Source: Octopus bimaculoides
Taxonomy: Eukaryota
NCBI RefSeq assembly: GCF_001194135.2
Contig: NC_068987.1
Span: 69,801,148-69,840,682, forward strand
Direction of reading: 5' to 3'
DNA: 39,535 nucleotides
Shown here: positions 36,371 to 39,535 of the stretch, in pieces
How positions within the stretch are numbered: the stretch's first letter is position 1
Layout: every line of letters begins with the position of its first letter
Notes under the pieces: generated by a model
Told to the model about the DNA's origin: nothing
What the model saw: only the letters and a program-made list of their open reading frames with translations
Databases searched by the model: none
Program-made: the position numbers and the translations under genes

Positions 36371-36943
36371 TAACTTAACGAACATAACTAATGAAGGTGG
36401 TTACTTGTACAGGACTAACCAATGTGTTTTTAGTGCCGAAAAATCTTTAACATCTCTCGTTCTAGAGGCTAACTCATTTCAATTAGTTAAGTGCATATTG
36501 CTCAGCATAAGCTCAGACGAATACGTCTTTCATACAGGTATGCATCAGGAGAGCAATATTACTTTACAAGTGTGCTCGTCGACTCATGGATAGTGGTATT
36601 AGCGGATTATATTCCAAGAGTAGAACCGTTAACTTGATACATTTCAATGGAGTGAAACACGTTAACATTGAAACTTCAACAGATATGAATCCTCACGGAG
36701 GTCAGAATTTTAAAAACAATTTAAGTCATATAAAAGAATGCACAAAGTTGGTTACATTCCTATTCATTTCAAGAAATGAAATCTTGGGTAAGAAGAGTTC
36801 ACATTCATGCACGAAAGATTTACATACATATATACATACATGCATGTATATATTTACATGTATCACATACATAAGAACCGGCACACAGCCATATGTATAC
36901 ATACATGCATACACACAAACATACATAATACATAAATACGTAC

Positions 36944-37007
<64 letters not shown>

Positions 37008-37716
37008 NNNNNNNNNNNNNNNNNNNNNNNNNNNNNNNNNNNNNNNNNNNNNNNNNNNNNNNNNNNNNNNNNNNNNNNNNNNNNNNNNNNNNNNNNNNNN
37101 NNNNNNNNNNNNNNNNNNNNNNNNNNNNNNNNNNNNNNNNNNNNNNNNNNNNNNNNNNNNNNNNNNNNNNNNNNNNNNNNNNNNNNNNNNNNNNNNNNNN
37201 NNNNNNNNNNNNNNNNNNNNNNNNNNNNNNNNNNNNNNNNNNNNNNNNNNNNNNNNNNNNNNNNNNNNNNNNNNNNNNNNNNNNNNNNNNNNNNNNNNNN
37301 NNNNNNNNNNNNNNNNNNNNNNNNNNNNNNNNNNNNNNNNNNNNNNNNNNNNNNNNNNNNNNNNNNNNNNNNNNNNNNNNNNNNNNNNNNNNNNNNNNNN
37401 NNNNNNNNNNNNNNNNNNNNNNNNNNNNNNNNNNNNNNNNNNNNNNNNNNNNNNNNNNNNNNNNNNNNNNNNNNNNNNNNNNNNNNNNNNNNNNNNNNNN
37501 NNNNNNNNNNNNNNNNNNNNNNNNNNNNNNNNNNNNNNNNNNNNNNNNNNNNNNNNNNNNNNNNNNNNNNNNNNNNNNNNNNNNNNNNNNNNNNNNNNNN
37601 NNNNNNNNNNNNNNNNNNNNNNNNNNNNNNNNNNNNNNNNNNNNNNNNNNNNNNNNNNNNNNNNNNATATGTGTGTGTGTGTGTGTGTCTGTGCGTGTGT
37701 GTGTGTGTGCGTGTGT

Positions 37717-37752
<36 letters not shown>

Positions 37753-37769
37753 GTGTGTGCGCGAATAGG

Positions 37770-37990
37770 TTTGTGTGTCTATTTTTGTCCTCACAACATC
37801 GCTTGATAACCATTGCTGGTGAGTCTACGTCCCCGTAGCCTAGCGGTTCGGCAAAAGACCCTGATAGAATAAGTACTAGGTTTACAAAGAATAAGTCCTA
37901 GGATCGATTTGCTCGACTAAAGGCGGTGCTCCAGCATGGCCGCAATCAAATCCCTGAAACAAGTAAAAAAATAAAAGAATAAAAGAATAT
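37770..37990 (+). mobile_element. Right module of a family B SINE (left half absent or hidden in gap 37008-37666)
   Basis: ACATCGCTTGATAACC...GATAGAATAAGTACTAGG...GGCGGTGCTCCAGCATGGCCGC...CTGAAACAAGTAAAA aligns to 36170-36360. Confidence 0.88.
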
Positions 37991-39415
37991 ATAAATTTAT
38001 ATATATATAGAGAGAGAGGGGAGATACATTTACACATACACACAAACACATGCACACTCACATATATATATACATGTGTGTGTGTGAGTGTATGCATACA
38101 TATATGAGAATGTAGCTGCATCAGAGCTACGCACCTAAATTCAAGTTATATACTGGGCTGACAGTTTGTGTATTCTCTCAATTGTCTGTCTGTCTGTTTC
38201 TTTCCTTCTGTCTATTATTTACCCTCCTCTCGATCAATCTCTCACTGTGTTTGTTCCTCTCTAGATATACTGTATATTTTTGTAAATACATATTTATATA
38301 TATATANNNNNNNNNNTATATATGAATATAAGTATTTACACAAATATATATATATATATATATATACATGTGCGTGTATGTATATATGTATATATACATA
38401 AATGCATAGATACATGAATCTGTACATATTTATACATGCTTACATGCGTGTTTCTGTATGTGTTTGTCTGTGTTAGAATATGTGTACGTGTGTAAAAGCC
38501 ACGTATAGTATGTAAAAGAAATAAAGATCTAGTAGGGACTCAAGACCAGGTTCTTCTATTGGCTCAGTTCTGATGGATAAAATATGCTGAAAAACATATA
38601 TACAGAGTACACGTACAGAAATACAAACACACACAGGTATACGCACAGCAGTGTAGAAGTATATGTGTAAGAGTGTGTTCCATTGCGATGGTACATAAGT
38701 GAGTGCTTGAATGTGTGTGTGTGTAGGTGTGACTTTTTGCGCGCACGCGTGTGTGTGTGAGACTAGGGGAAAGCTTCTGTGTATGTGTGTGTGTGTGTGT
38801 ATAGATGTGTGTATGAGTGATTGTGTGTGTTGTTGTTTGTATTTGTTTGTGTATTCGTGTAGCGTACTGCTGCAGATTGCGAGGAAAAAAACGCAAACAT
38901 TTAATTAATTAAACTTTAATAAGTGAATGAAAGATTTACTATATACAGAAACGTGAACGGATTAACATATTAAAGTAACATAATATACACAGACATGGTT
39001 GTATGAAATTGCATATATATATACACATATATGTGTGTGTGTGTATATATCTTCGCATATATATATATATATATATATANNNNNNNNNNNNNNNNNNNNN
39101 NNNNNNNNNNNNNNNNNNNNNNNNNNNNNNNNNNNNNNTAGATAGATAGATAGATAGATAGATCGATACATACATACATACATACATATATACATATACA
39201 CACACATATATATAACAATGACTCCGATATGTATATACACACACATACTAAGATTATATCCATTTATACATAAATTATACAAGACACATACTTGCACTCA
39301 CACACTCAAACTGAAACACAAATACACGCACACACGCGTACACAAGCAAATTCACACACGAAAACACACGCATGCAAGTAAAAATGCGAACACAACAGAC
39401 TAAATTAATATAAAA

Positions 39416-39452
<37 letters not shown>

Positions 39453-39535
39453 AGCACGTGCGTGTGAATATTTGTATTTGTGTGTATGTATGGACAATAT
39501 ATGAATATACACACATATATATATATATATATATA

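Noticed and set aside
36434-36537. Plus-strand 104-nt AG/GT-bounded open frame
   Set aside because: Weak pyrimidine tract, no recognisable product and no supporting exons.
729-39514. Long ORFs rich in VC/YI/HT/ER/poly-R/E/M/H or spanning X runs
   Set aside because: They are translations of microsatellites, or are open only because Ns contain no stops.

Overview
AT-rich, gap-riddled, microsatellite-saturated eukaryotic DNA. There are 11 N-runs, nearly all abutting simple repeats. No host protein-coding gene, rRNA, bona fide tRNA or CRISPR array can be supported; most long ORFs in the track are translated microsatellites or run through Ns. The tRNA-headed SINE families and repeat landscape look like those I recall from octopus/coleoid cephalopod genomes (inference, not verified). 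The recognisable content is a transposon graveyard. It holds 11 SINE copies or fragments from about 4 modular families, two loci of R4/Dong-type RLE retrotransposon remnants ending in (TAA)n, a decayed RTE-clade LINE, and a mariner 5' end truncated by a SINE. It also holds three inverted-repeat elements: a 947-bp element with ~140-bp TIRs around a split Mutator-like transposase remnant, a 185-bp near-perfect palindrome, and a ~250-bp MITE. Less easily explained are a diverged ~240-bp direct repeat 2.9 kb apart, a strand-biased RGATTA cluster and a degenerate hammerhead-like motif. I did not find a convincing new multi-gene system. All alignments and translations were done by eye, so boundaries are approximate.
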